A DNA stretch of 64,000 bases. Source: an uncultured Pseudobdellovibrionaceae bacterium. Lineage in GTDB: Bacteria; Patescibacteriota; Minisyncoccia; Moranbacterales; GCA-2747515. The DNA lies in contig CAYXCH010000021.1 in assembly GCA_964463705.1 (NCBI GenBank), forward strand, positions 65,162-129,161, given 5' to 3'. This document shows, one piece after another, positions 29,437 through 39,093 of this stretch. The notes under the pieces are model-generated. The model made no database searches, was not told the DNA's origin, and saw only the letters and a program-made list of their open reading frames with translations. Each line of letters starts with the position of its first letter. Position 1 is the first letter of the stretch. The position numbers and the translations under genes were made by a program.

Positions 29437-30028
29437 CACATTTGGTAAATACGGGTAATTGCGAATCTTTTTCACTAACAATCGGACGTGCTATGCCATA
29501 GCGTTCCATCGGCCACGGAATTGCCAGTGTCGGATCATTCCACCGAATACCGGCGTCATGAGAGGGTGTATATACCGCATGGGTACATTTGTAGGAAAAT
29601 AACGTATCATCATCTAATGCAAGAAATCCGTGGGCAAATCCCGGTGGAATCCAGAACTGTTTCCATGTCCACATTTGTGTATTCGCATCAAATGTCGGTG
29701 GTGTTAATGTTATATGCACAGATGATCCATACGTCGGCGATGTCGGTCGCATATCTACCGCCACATCAAACACCGCTCCGCGAAGTACGCTCACCAATTT
29801 CCCCTGCGCATAAGGTGCACGCTGAAAGTGCAGACCACGCAATACGCCTCGTGCGGAACAGGAAAGATTATCTTGCACAAATGCGTCCTCTGACACTCCC
29901 AGCGCCCGCGCATACTCCTCCCGACGAAAACTTTCCACAAAGAAACCGCGCGCATCACCAAACACGCGCGGTGTCACGATTTTCACATCGGGAATTGTTG
30001 TGGGTGTAACATCAATCATTGAACACAT
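29417..30028 (-). CDS. rfbC: dTDP-4-dehydrorhamnose 3,5-epimerase
   Basis: FGDARGFFVES, QDNLS, RGLHFQ, QGKLV, GFAHGF, IRWNDP. Confidence 0.96.
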   Translation of the reverse strand: MCSMIDVTPTTIPDVKIVTPRVFGDARGFFVESFRREEYARALGVSEDAFVQDNLSCSARGVLRGLHFQRAPYAQGKLVSVLRGAVFDVAVDMRPTSPTYGSSVHITLTPPTFDANTQMWTWKQFWIPPGFAHGFLALDDDTLFSYKCTHAVYTPSHDAGIRWNDPTLAIPWPMERYGIARPIVSEKDSQLPVFTKCDDGESV

Positions 30029-30060
30029 CTACCTCCTCCTCAGAAGAGGGGGTATTTCAT

Positions 30061-33000
30061 CTAGCGCGATACCGCTGTTTCATATCCTGCAACATACCAG
30101 ATAAATCGGCCGGCGGCGGGATCAGAGCAGACACCGGAACCGGTACATCCGCATTGCCACTGATTTCCGCTACGCTTACACGTATACGTTGCCACATACT
30201 GTTGACCGCCATCCGCCGGAAGTTGTATCTCACCACGCCCGATAACCCATTGTCCCGTTGAATCCATTGTACCACTTACCGGTACGGAATTGGTAAAGTT
30301 GGAACCGTCGGTTGTATAGTATGCCGTATTCCACGTATATATCGTATCCCGATCTTCTCCAACCACCGCAATAGGTGAACCGCCATCACAGTATACATCA
30401 ATAATTGCAGCACCATTAGTCAATGTTTCGTTTAGCTCACTCGGGACACGCGTTTCACATGAGTGTCGCAAATCTCGCGTAACCGGCGATACCGGACTTG
30501 TCGGTGATGTGCCAACCTCTGTTGATGCTCCTATCGTTGTTGTTGTTGTATTCTTCGTTCCAGTGGTGGTAGTTGTCGTATCGTTGGGACACTGACGGAA
30601 TTCACAATTATTCTTCGGATCCCTTCCCACATATGTCCGTCCATCGGCGCAAAGTTTAACATCTGCCGTACATGCCGTCTGAACAACATCTTTATCCTGT
30701 GTATTCTCCGTATCAACACTTCCGACATATTTTGCAAGCATACATCCGGGATTCAAGCTGGCATTTTCACCATCCGAGTGAACCGCCGCCACACTGTACG
30801 CATCTTGTGACAGTACAACACGACCCACACCCTCCGCATGACCTTGCGCTTCTACCGTTTTTAGATCCGTTGTCGGATTTGTTTGAACAATCGCCTCTCC
30901 GTTTTTCCCATAAAACGCAACGTAGTATCGCTCGTTCGGCTGATCTTGATTATGGCGACCATCAAAGGAGTCTGATGCGGAAAGATATACTTCATACACA
31001 CCGCGCGGAATTGTGATACCGCTGATAACATCTTTTTGCCCCGCCCATTCCAGACGCTGTGTAAACCGTACAATAATATCTCGAGAACTTCCCGTCTTAA
31101 ACGGACAGTAATTAATATACTGGGCATTTTCCGTTCCATCCACCGCCGTTGTTCCAATATGATCACCCACAACAACAGTCAGCGTCTTTTTATGCTCCGC
31201 TTCACCGCTCTTTCGCGGAGTACACGTCAAAGTAAATTCTGTTGTTTGATCTACATACATCAACTCTTCCTGACTACTCCATGTCTGCAAATCAATAGAC
31301 TTTACCGCCGCCCGCGCTCGTACATAAGCGGAATTGTTTTCCATTCCCTTGCGAGAGACCTTACAGGATTTCATTCCATAGAAATCCCAACTTAGCAAAA
31401 CATATCCCGGATCAGTCAGGTGCGGTTTATTGGCGGTAAAGTACCGAATACCGGCCGTCCCCCCGACGCGAACATCTTTGGTGCGAACTTCTGTAATTGT
31501 CGCATCCGCCAAGTCATAACATGCAAGGGATACATGGACTGTTCCATCTTCAAATCCATGAAGTGCAAACGTCTTACTATATGCCGTTGCCTCATAGTAT
31601 ACGGCACGCGGAATCAACTCTATCGCCCGACTTCCGGACGAAGTGCGCTGTGATGCAACCAAGCGACAACGCATCGGTTTCTTATCCACCACCGCCCAAG
31701 TAGCGGTAACACTTCCACCGGACTCTACACTTTCCGGCGTAACATCAAAGGAGGAAATAAAGGTCCCCGCCGTGGAAGGATCTCCGGAAGTATCCGCCGG
31801 ATCCGTTGTTGTTCCCGTGTCGGAAAATGTAATAATTACGGTTCGTGTATCGTTGGTATTTGTTCCCACACGCCAACAATCCAGTGCCAATACAACCTGA
31901 TCACCGGATGCGGCGGTAGATCCGAAATTACTCCACGTCAATGACCCCTTTACAGTAAGTTTATCCTTTCCTTCCACAACCTTAACAAGAGACTCATCAA
32001 TTGCCTTGATCCCGGCAACCGTCCATCCGTTATATGCACGACAGTGACTGCGATCATCAGCATAGTTCCACGCAATGGAGAGATCACTTCCCGGAGCTAC
32101 CGTAATGCTATCCGATGCTCCATTAACGGTAAATGCAAATGCGGGCGCATCAGAATCAGTCTGCTGTGTGGTATCTCCTTGAACTTTTACCGTTATACTT
32201 GCAGATACCTCATTAAGACCAAACGCATTGGAACAGGTGATGGTGTATGTTGAGTCTGCGGTAATTCCCGGAACGGTAAACTCTCCCTGTGGTTTCAGGA
32301 CGGTACGATAAATACGAAACGTCGTTGCATCGGAAGCACTTGCCTTTACATCGTTGGCAGACCATGCACCGGACGCCGTACAAAATGTACGATTCGGAGC
32401 ATTCCACTGTAGCGTAAAGTGTTGTCCGGGCGCAACCGTTTGTGTGCCTTCTTTGATAGAGAATGCAACAGTTCCATCTGTTGCCGTAGGAGCATTTCCC
32501 ACCGTTTTTGTCGCTGTCAACGGTTTTGTGTCGGGCTGTACCACTCCGTTGGCACTCACTCGATGACGCAGACATCGTATTGTGAAAGAATAATATCCGG
32601 CCGGCGTTTGAAACTCCACATTTCCGTTCGGCACAAGAGCGCGAGGAGATCCGTCCTTCTCAAACAAGAGCTCGGGCTTATTCTGCAACAATTCTTCCGT
32701 TGTTGTATCTCCCGTGATCAAACAGTAGTCTTTTCCGGTAGTTTTCCACTGTAATGATACGGTATACATTTCATTGTTATCCGGAGATGATGCCACCGCC
32801 TGAAAATCCAATGATGCGGAATCCTGAGACACGAACCCTCCACTATCATCGGAAGAATCATTGTTATTTCCATTGTTGGAAGAGTTACCACCTGCCGAAT
32901 CAACAACGTTAAGAGTGATTGTGGAAGTTTTGATATAATGGCGTGGTGCCGGATACTTACATGTTAATACCGCCTTATATTCCCCCGGAGAGTCAAATAC

Positions 33001-34368
33001 CACCGGATAGAATACCCTATTATTAGATGCTGTGGATTGTAGTTTTCCTCTATCAAAATCTGCATCATATTTGGAAAATGTCGCATCACCCACCTTTGAA
33101 ACCCTGATCGAACATTCCGTTGCAGGTACGGTTAATTTTTTTATCTTAAAATAGTTAAACCAATTCAATGTTACCGTCTCACCAATGGCAATATTATCTT
33201 GCTTTGTTGCATAAAATGATAATATTGCACGATCACCGGTGACCTCACCACCCGTGGCATCCATCGCCTTAAAGCGAATATTTGCACGTAATGGATAGTA
33301 AGTTTCCGTACCACATTCTTCATGTGCTTGACACTCTCTTGTGCCGCGACAACGTAACTCAAATGTCTGTGACCAATTAATGCTGTCAAACGTAAGTGTG
33401 TCTGATGTCTTGACATCCGGACGATATTGATCCAGACTTGCACTGCATGAATCAGCATTCGGAACATTCCAAGAAATCTTTACCGGCGTATCCAGTGGCA
33501 CCGAAATATCTCCCGATGTATTCTCGTAAACGGTATCACCAACGATAACGGCAAAAGGTCGCCTACTTTCATCCACGGATGATGTATCTACTTTTACGGT
33601 ACGATGCGAATCATAGTATGTTCCTCCACTCTTTGAATGCTCAAGACATTTTAGGTGTATATTAAGATCCGAATTTCCATAATCATCCGCATGGAGTGTT
33701 ACTTGACCGGATTTTTTAGAAACACCGGGAACAGGTTTCTCGTTAACAAACATCCTACACCTATCATCCATTGCGCGAGGTGCATTCCACGATGCGACAA
33801 CGGAACCATATTTTGGAATCGTTTCCTTATCAACAGACAGAGCCGTTTTATCTACAACCGTCATCCACCAGGAACTCCCGTACACCTTTCCATCCTTTGT
33901 ATCTTTGTCACAAACAAGTACAAACGTATTCTTTCCCAGCGAATAAAGATCCGGTGTTATTTTTAAACGTTTATCTTTGGTAATCGTTACTATTTTCTGC
34001 TTCTTTCCCTTAGCATTATCCAAATATACCGTACACTGCGGATAATAAAAAGAACCGCCATCTTCACCCTCCTCGCGTCTTCCAATACCATTAGCATTGG
34101 CAAGTATTGATATTTCCTCATCTTTATACACTTCCGCCCCGCTATCAAATATGCCGTATCCATAAAACTTAATATCGGGTCGACTTTTATCAATATAATC
34201 ATATCCTTCAACAACCTCCGCTGAAGCGGTGTGCATGGACGCAAAGATGCCAACGATACCAATCCCCAGCGCAAGAACCCCCTTCATCACAACATTGCCC
34301 ACCCAATGCCGCACAAAATACCCGATATTATGAGAATATCGTATATATTTGTTTTTCATAAAAACCAT
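30061..34368 (-). CDS. Large secreted modular surface protein with repeated Cys-paired beta modules and shared Cys-rich C-terminal domain
   Basis: Signal peptide ending ASA-E; repeated xxSW...C...xLxC modules; CTADVKLCADG..VGRDP..CEF..CP motif; Thr-rich linker. Confidence 0.8.
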   Translation of the reverse strand: MVFMKNKYIRYSHNIGYFVRHWVGNVVMKGVLALGIGIVGIFASMHTASAEVVEGYDYIDKSRPDIKFYGYGIFDSGAEVYKDEEISILANANGIGRREEGEDGGSFYYPQCTVYLDNAKGKKQKIVTITKDKRLKITPDLYSLGKNTFVLVCDKDTKDGKVYGSSWWMTVVDKTALSVDKETIPKYGSVVASWNAPRAMDDRCRMFVNEKPVPGVSKKSGQVTLHADDYGNSDLNIHLKCLEHSKSGGTYYDSHRTVKVDTSSVDESRRPFAVIVGDTVYENTSGDISVPLDTPVKISWNVPNADSCSASLDQYRPDVKTSDTLTFDSINWSQTFELRCRGTRECQAHEECGTETYYPLRANIRFKAMDATGGEVTGDRAILSFYATKQDNIAIGETVTLNWFNYFKIKKLTVPATECSIRVSKVGDATFSKYDADFDRGKLQSTASNNRVFYPVVFDSPGEYKAVLTCKYPAPRHYIKTSTITLNVVDSAGGNSSNNGNNNDSSDDSGGFVSQDSASLDFQAVASSPDNNEMYTVSLQWKTTGKDYCLITGDTTTEELLQNKPELLFEKDGSPRALVPNGNVEFQTPAGYYSFTIRCLRHRVSANGVVQPDTKPLTATKTVGNAPTATDGTVAFSIKEGTQTVAPGQHFTLQWNAPNRTFCTASGAWSANDVKASASDATTFRIYRTVLKPQGEFTVPGITADSTYTITCSNAFGLNEVSASITVKVQGDTTQQTDSDAPAFAFTVNGASDSITVAPGSDLSIAWNYADDRSHCRAYNGWTVAGIKAIDESLVKVVEGKDKLTVKGSLTWSNFGSTAASGDQVVLALDCWRVGTNTNDTRTVIITFSDTGTTTDPADTSGDPSTAGTFISSFDVTPESVESGGSVTATWAVVDKKPMRCRLVASQRTSSGSRAIELIPRAVYYEATAYSKTFALHGFEDGTVHVSLACYDLADATITEVRTKDVRVGGTAGIRYFTANKPHLTDPGYVLLSWDFYGMKSCKVSRKGMENNSAYVRARAAVKSIDLQTWSSQEELMYVDQTTEFTLTCTPRKSGEAEHKKTLTVVVGDHIGTTAVDGTENAQYINYCPFKTGSSRDIIVRFTQRLEWAGQKDVISGITIPRGVYEVYLSASDSFDGRHNQDQPNERYYVAFYGKNGEAIVQTNPTTDLKTVEAQGHAEGVGRVVLSQDAYSVAAVHSDGENASLNPGCMLAKYVGSVDTENTQDKDVVQTACTADVKLCADGRTYVGRDPKNNCEFRQCPNDTTTTTTGTKNTTTTTIGASTEVGTSPTSPVSPVTRDLRHSCETRVPSELNETLTNGAAIIDVYCDGGSPIAVVGEDRDTIYTWNTAYYTTDGSNFTNSVPVSGTMDSTGQWVIGRGEIQLPADGGQQYVATYTCKRSGNQWQCGCTGSGVCSDPAAGRFIWYVAGYETAVSR

Positions 34369-34433
34369 ACACTTTTTATTACATAATACTTATTTACAAT
34401 ATATCATACCACCCCCTGGCGTCGCAAGTACTC

Positions 34434-36044
34434 CTACTCTCGTGTCAAGTCCTCCAGTGTCAGCTCCGTATCATGACGCAATGCGTCGGTATGATATGTA
34501 TATCGCGTACCATCCGGAAGAATAACAGTTAGTGTAAACGGTGTGTCGGCAATTCCGGATTGCTTTTGAATCTTGAACCGATAATTTTCCGGCGTAATAG
34601 ACGTCGGTAACACATACTGCAACATTGTCGGAAGCACGGGACGCTCACCGATAAGAACATCAAATTTATAAGCGTAAACCGTCCGATTGGCAAATGTTTC
34701 TGTATCCGCCGATGGCGGGAAAAACCACTCCCGTGTAATCCACCGCGATCCGCGCGGAACAATCATGCGCGTATAGGAATGATAATCTTTGGTGTCCCAA
34801 TCTTCCGACTTCGCCGTGTGCGTATAAGTAACCCGTGTTGTTGCGAGGGCATGGGGCGCACGATATGATCCGCTCATAATTTTCTCTTTCAAATCCGCCG
34901 TCCGATAACGTATCATACGTCCCGCCGCCGCATCATTGACCACCGCCCCTCGCCCGCGAAAATCTACTGTGTGCTCAATCACTCGTGTAATATATCGATC
35001 ACTCTTAAGTGACCCGAGATTTGCATCCACAACAAAGAGATAATCCCCCGTCCATTCCGTGTCCACCTCTCCCGTCCAATGATGTTCTCGCGCAATGGAT
35101 TGCAATCGCTCATCAGCAAGGAACAGCTGAATATCTTTTCGCTCCAATCCCTCCAACACAAAGTGAATCAGCGCCGGAATTGTCTGTGGAAGCTTCTGCG
35201 GAGCAGTAAGACGATGAACGATTTCCGCACCAAGATCCTTCATAACCTGCTTCCGCTGAACACGCTCCCACGGACGAACGCGACGAATTTTCTTTCCATT
35301 TTCATCTCGCGGCTCCGTGTACTTTTTCCCCAGGCGCTCTGCCTCCGCTTCTGCACGCTCCACCGCCGCGTCACGCAACAAAATATCTTTTTCTACCGCT
35401 TCCTGCAACTGCCACGCCGCATCCTCCGGCGTAAACGTCACCGTATAAGACCCCCGCTGACGACTCTTTGCTGTGACAGTGATGGGGCCGGTCACCGCGA
35501 TGAGATCATTCAACAATGTTGCGTTAAGCGCCACCACCGCATCAAACTGCGGATTGCTCTGTGGATTCAGCCCATAGAAATGCAACACATCCCGTACCGC
35601 AGTGGGAAAATCCGGAGAGAAATTGGCATCTCGGAACTTCCACTTTTTAATACCCATGTACTTCGCCAGTGGCGGAAGCGCCGGCCGATCACTCTTGATA
35701 CTTTTATCAAAACGATTTGCGTCCACAATCTCCATCTGTGTAACACGCCCATTCCGAATTTCCATGACCGCAAATTGCCCTAAAAATCCTCCCGTAGGTC
35801 GCAATTCAAAATTATTCTGCAACAATACAAATATCCGATATGTCCGATCATCCGACGCAAGGAACGCTTTGGCAATTTCTGTCAATGCCCGCATCTCCTC
35901 CTCCTGTCCCTCCGGTGCGGGCAAATAGTCAATTGCCGTTTTCGCAGCAGTGGTAATAATAATGTGTTCATTTTTTTGAAACAGTATGTATCCGCCGGCA
36001 CCCAGAATCAGTACCGCAAGCACTATGCCAAAAATCGTCTTCAT
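34434..36044 (-). CDS. DUF4012 family protein
   Basis: N-terminal TM; LLQNNFELRPTGGFLG, RDANFSPDFP, VVDANLGSLKSD, QKQSG. Confidence 0.85.
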   Translation of the reverse strand: MKTIFGIVLAVLILGAGGYILFQKNEHIIITTAAKTAIDYLPAPEGQEEEMRALTEIAKAFLASDDRTYRIFVLLQNNFELRPTGGFLGQFAVMEIRNGRVTQMEIVDANRFDKSIKSDRPALPPLAKYMGIKKWKFRDANFSPDFPTAVRDVLHFYGLNPQSNPQFDAVVALNATLLNDLIAVTGPITVTAKSRQRGSYTVTFTPEDAAWQLQEAVEKDILLRDAAVERAEAEAERLGKKYTEPRDENGKKIRRVRPWERVQRKQVMKDLGAEIVHRLTAPQKLPQTIPALIHFVLEGLERKDIQLFLADERLQSIAREHHWTGEVDTEWTGDYLFVVDANLGSLKSDRYITRVIEHTVDFRGRGAVVNDAAAGRMIRYRTADLKEKIMSGSYRAPHALATTRVTYTHTAKSEDWDTKDYHSYTRMIVPRGSRWITREWFFPPSADTETFANRTVYAYKFDVLIGERPVLPTMLQYVLPTSITPENYRFKIQKQSGIADTPFTLTVILPDGTRYTYHTDALRHDTELTLEDLTRE

Positions 36045-37135
36045 AGGGTATCAATTACTCGTGATGTTTCGCTATGTTGCGCATGTGTACGAATATGTAC
36101 ATCGTGTTGCGGGAACGGAATCTCTATTCCGGCAGCGGCAAATCGTTTATAAATTGCACGATTAACATAATGTCGGGACTCTCCCCGTTGCTCCGGACGT
36201 GCCACCCAATAGAACAAACTATACTCTATACTGGACTCCCCAAACGCCCGAAACCGAGCGCGCGGTGCCGGCGTGTCCACTACCAATTCCGTCTCCGTTG
36301 CCGCAGCAATTAACTCTTGTTCCACTTTATCAATATCCGATCCGTATGCCACGCCGACATCTACACGAACGCGAAACCGCTCTGATGGGCCGCCGGACTC
36401 GTTCACAATCTTGGTATTGCCCATGATACCGTTCGGCACCGTCACTTCCACATCATCGCGCGTCAGCATGCGCGTAGACCGCAGTCCGATATGTGTCACT
36501 CGTCCCCGCTCACCGCTATCCAACTCAATATAGTCTCCAATCTTATACGGTGCATCCGCTACGATAAACACGCCCGCAAAAAGATTGGCCAACGTATCCT
36601 TCGCCGCAAATCCCACCGCCATCCCGATAATTCCCGCACTGGCGAGCCACGCTGTCATGTTAATACCCCAAATGGTGAATATTGCATATAATGCCGCCGC
36701 CACGATCAATACCACCAACGCATTTTCAAATAACGGTAACGTTTGCTCTTTTACAAACGTCACTTGTGGAATGTCTTTGGACTTGTACAATACTGCACGA
36801 ACCGCATGAAACAAAAACTGTGCCCAGAGGAATACAAGAATAGTCTGCACGATACGCATTCCAAATTGCGCACTCTCCATCCCGATGATACCGTCCATTG
36901 TCAGTGCGGCCAGCGCACCGAAAAGAAACACCGAATAAAACAATGGACGCTGTAACGCCGCAATAATGCGATCATCAATCTCCGTTGTCGTATGCCGTGT
37001 TACGGCTCGCAACATACCGATAACAACGATACGCACAATCACTGCCGCCATCACCACCCCCACGCCGAGCAAAATCAGTTGAATAGTATGGGGCTGCGCG
37101 GCAAACAGTGTGGAAATCTCTGTACGAATACTCAT
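36041..37135 (-). CDS. mscS: Small-conductance mechanosensitive channel (MscS family)
   Basis: VGFAAKDTLANLFAG, YKIGDYI, IGLRSTR, VGVAYGSD, GIEIPFPQ. Confidence 0.93.
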   Translation of the reverse strand: MSIRTEISTLFAAQPHTIQLILLGVGVVMAAVIVRIVVIGMLRAVTRHTTTEIDDRIIAALQRPLFYSVFLFGALAALTMDGIIGMESAQFGMRIVQTILVFLWAQFLFHAVRAVLYKSKDIPQVTFVKEQTLPLFENALVVLIVAAALYAIFTIWGINMTAWLASAGIIGMAVGFAAKDTLANLFAGVFIVADAPYKIGDYIELDSGERGRVTHIGLRSTRMLTRDDVEVTVPNGIMGNTKIVNESGGPSERFRVRVDVGVAYGSDIDKVEQELIAAATETELVVDTPAPRARFRAFGESSIEYSLFYWVARPEQRGESRHYVNRAIYKRFAAAGIEIPFPQHDVHIRTHAQHSETSRVIDTL

Positions 37136-37146
37136 AGGACTTGCGG

Positions 37147-38496
37147 TTAGCGATCAATCGGGAATCGGCGACAGACGGAACGAACATCGGCGCGAATTGC
37201 ACGTAACGATGTATCTCGTGCACACCGCGCTCGGAACGCTCGCACCGCGGCGGCACGATTCGTTGTCGGCATCTCCACATCGGCAATAAGATCCATTACC
37301 GCCGAAATCCACACGGCAATCTTTTTCATCTCTCGCACTCCCATACCCCGTGTCGTAATACTCGGCGTTCCGATGCGAATACCGCTGGGGTAGAACGGAC
37401 TGGACGCATCGGCGGGAATGGTGTTTTTATTTACCGTAATCCCGACGGTTTCCAGCGCCAACTCCGCAAATACGCCCCGCCCGACGCCGCAATCAATAAG
37501 CATCAAATGTGTATCGGTTCCACTGCCCACCACACGCACACCGCGATTCTTTAGCTCTTGTGCAAGTACGGCGGCATTCTTCACCACTCGCGCACCGTAT
37601 GCGCGGAATGATGCCGTTGACGCTTCTTTAAGTGCGACGGCAATCGCTGCGGTTTGATGATCATGTGGTCCTCCCTGCAACATCGGAAATACCGCCGCAT
37701 CAATCTTGGCACCCAACTTCGGATCCCGCGCAAGTCCGCGTGATGTCACCATAATCATCCCGCCCCGCGGTCCGCGTAACGTCTTGTGTGTCGTTGTTGT
37801 AATAATATCCACATGTCGCACCGGTGACGGATGAACACCGCTGACAATCAGTCCCGTGATATGTGATGTATCCGCCGCAAGATACGCTCCGACATCCCGC
37901 GCAATCCGCCCGAATGCCGCGTAATTGATTTTCCACGGGTAGGCACTGGTTCCCACCCATATCAACTTCGGACGGTGCTTCTTTGCCAATGTTGCCACTT
38001 CATTCATATCAATCCGCCCACGCCGATTCACATGATATTGAACGGCGGAATAAAACGTCCCCGTCGCACTTGCCTTCCATCCATGGGTAAGGTGTCCGCC
38101 ATCCGGCAACGCCTGCCCCATCACCGTATCTCCCGGCGCACATGTTGCGGCATATACGGCGAGATTTGCCGGCGAACCGCTGTACGGCTGCACATTGACA
38201 TACGGCACACCGAACAACGCTCGCGCCCGCTCTTGCGCCAACTCCTCAATCGCATCCACATGCTCCTGACCGCCATAATACCGCTTCCCCGGATATCCCT
38301 CGGAATACTTGTTTGTCAAGATTGAGCCCATCGCTTCCCGCACCGCCGCAGACGCGATATTCTCTGACGGAATCAATTCCATTGTCTCATTCTGCCGGCG
38401 CGCCTCCGCCGCAATCAGTGTCGCAACTCGCGGATCACTCTGCCGCAATGATGTTCGCGTTCGTGATGATTTTGCGGTAGTTTTTGCGGTCTTCAT
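37147..38496 (-). CDS. glyA: Serine hydroxymethyltransferase
   Basis: LIPSEN, NKYSEGYPGKRYYGG, GGHLTHG, TTTTHKTLRGPRGG, SGIRIGTP. Confidence 0.98.
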   Translation of the reverse strand: MKTAKTTAKSSRTRTSLRQSDPRVATLIAAEARRQNETMELIPSENIASAAVREAMGSILTNKYSEGYPGKRYYGGQEHVDAIEELAQERARALFGVPYVNVQPYSGSPANLAVYAATCAPGDTVMGQALPDGGHLTHGWKASATGTFYSAVQYHVNRRGRIDMNEVATLAKKHRPKLIWVGTSAYPWKINYAAFGRIARDVGAYLAADTSHITGLIVSGVHPSPVRHVDIITTTTHKTLRGPRGGMIMVTSRGLARDPKLGAKIDAAVFPMLQGGPHDHQTAAIAVALKEASTASFRAYGARVVKNAAVLAQELKNRGVRVVGSGTDTHLMLIDCGVGRGVFAELALETVGITVNKNTIPADASSPFYPSGIRIGTPSITTRGMGVREMKKIAVWISAVMDLIADVEMPTTNRAAAVRAFRARCARDTSLRAIRADVRSVCRRFPIDR

Positions 38497-38660
38497 ATCC
38501 TTCACATAATTAACCCGTTATTTTTCCATCATACCACAGAAATACTTTTTATATAAAACACAAATAACAAAGACCGTCCATTCCGTAACAGTAATGACAT
38601 CACTCATCCGGACTACTTGCACAATTTGTATTGAAAATATCTCAAATACTTGCAAATAAT

Positions 38661-38685
38661 AAAAAAACCCCCGTCATTGGGGGGT
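38661..38685 (-). terminator. Intrinsic terminator of rplU
   Basis: ACCCCC/GGGGGT stem followed by a T7 tract on the minus strand right after the rplU stop. Confidence 0.7.
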
Positions 38686-38690
38686 CTTAT

Positions 38691-39017
38691 TTATGCGTTA
38701 ATCTTTGTAATCTTCACCATCGTAAGCGGTTGCCGATGCCCAAAGAAAATGCGATATCGCTTCTTTGGCTTATACTTCACACCGCTGACTTTCTTTGCTC
38801 GTGTCTGATCAACAATTGTCCCCTCTACCGTCGCACCGTCCACCGTGGGAGATCCCAATGTAACGGATGGCGTCTCTCCCTCCTCCGCTACCAACAATAC
38901 CTCATCAAATGTCACCGTTGTCTCCGGTGCTCCGTCAATTTTCTCTACGGCGACAACATCACCCTCCGCCACGAGGTACTGCTTTCCGCCGGTCTTTATC
39001 ACTGCAATCATAGTCAT
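38691..39017 (-). CDS. rplU: 50S ribosomal protein bL21
   Basis: AVIKTGGKQY, KYKPKKRY, GHRQPLT. Confidence 0.97.
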   Translation of the reverse strand: MTMIAVIKTGGKQYLVAEGDVVAVEKIDGAPETTVTFDEVLLVAEEGETPSVTLGSPTVDGATVEGTIVDQTRAKKVSGVKYKPKKRYRIFFGHRQPLTMVKITKINA

Positions 39018-39059
39018 GAAACTTAGTCAAACAAAAACCGCGCTCTGCGCTTTTGCCAT

Positions 39060-39088
39060 ATTATCGCATATCTTATACATTTTGTCCA
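39060..39088 (-). promoter_or_regulatory. Putative rplU promoter
   Basis: TGGACA-N17-GATAAT with extended TG. Confidence 0.5.
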
Positions 39089-39093
39089 GCACA

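Noticed and set aside
30029-30055. GAGGAGGAGGT before rmlC as a functional strong SD
   Set aside because: It pairs with CCTCTTC in a hairpin right after the upstream stop, and its spacing to either ATG (2 or 11 nt) is suboptimal. I kept it only as a caveat to the rpsU finding.
38506-38660. Possible riboswitch upstream of glyA (ZTP, THF, glycine)
   Set aside because: The region is AT-rich, with none of the conserved aptamer motifs and no convincing stems.
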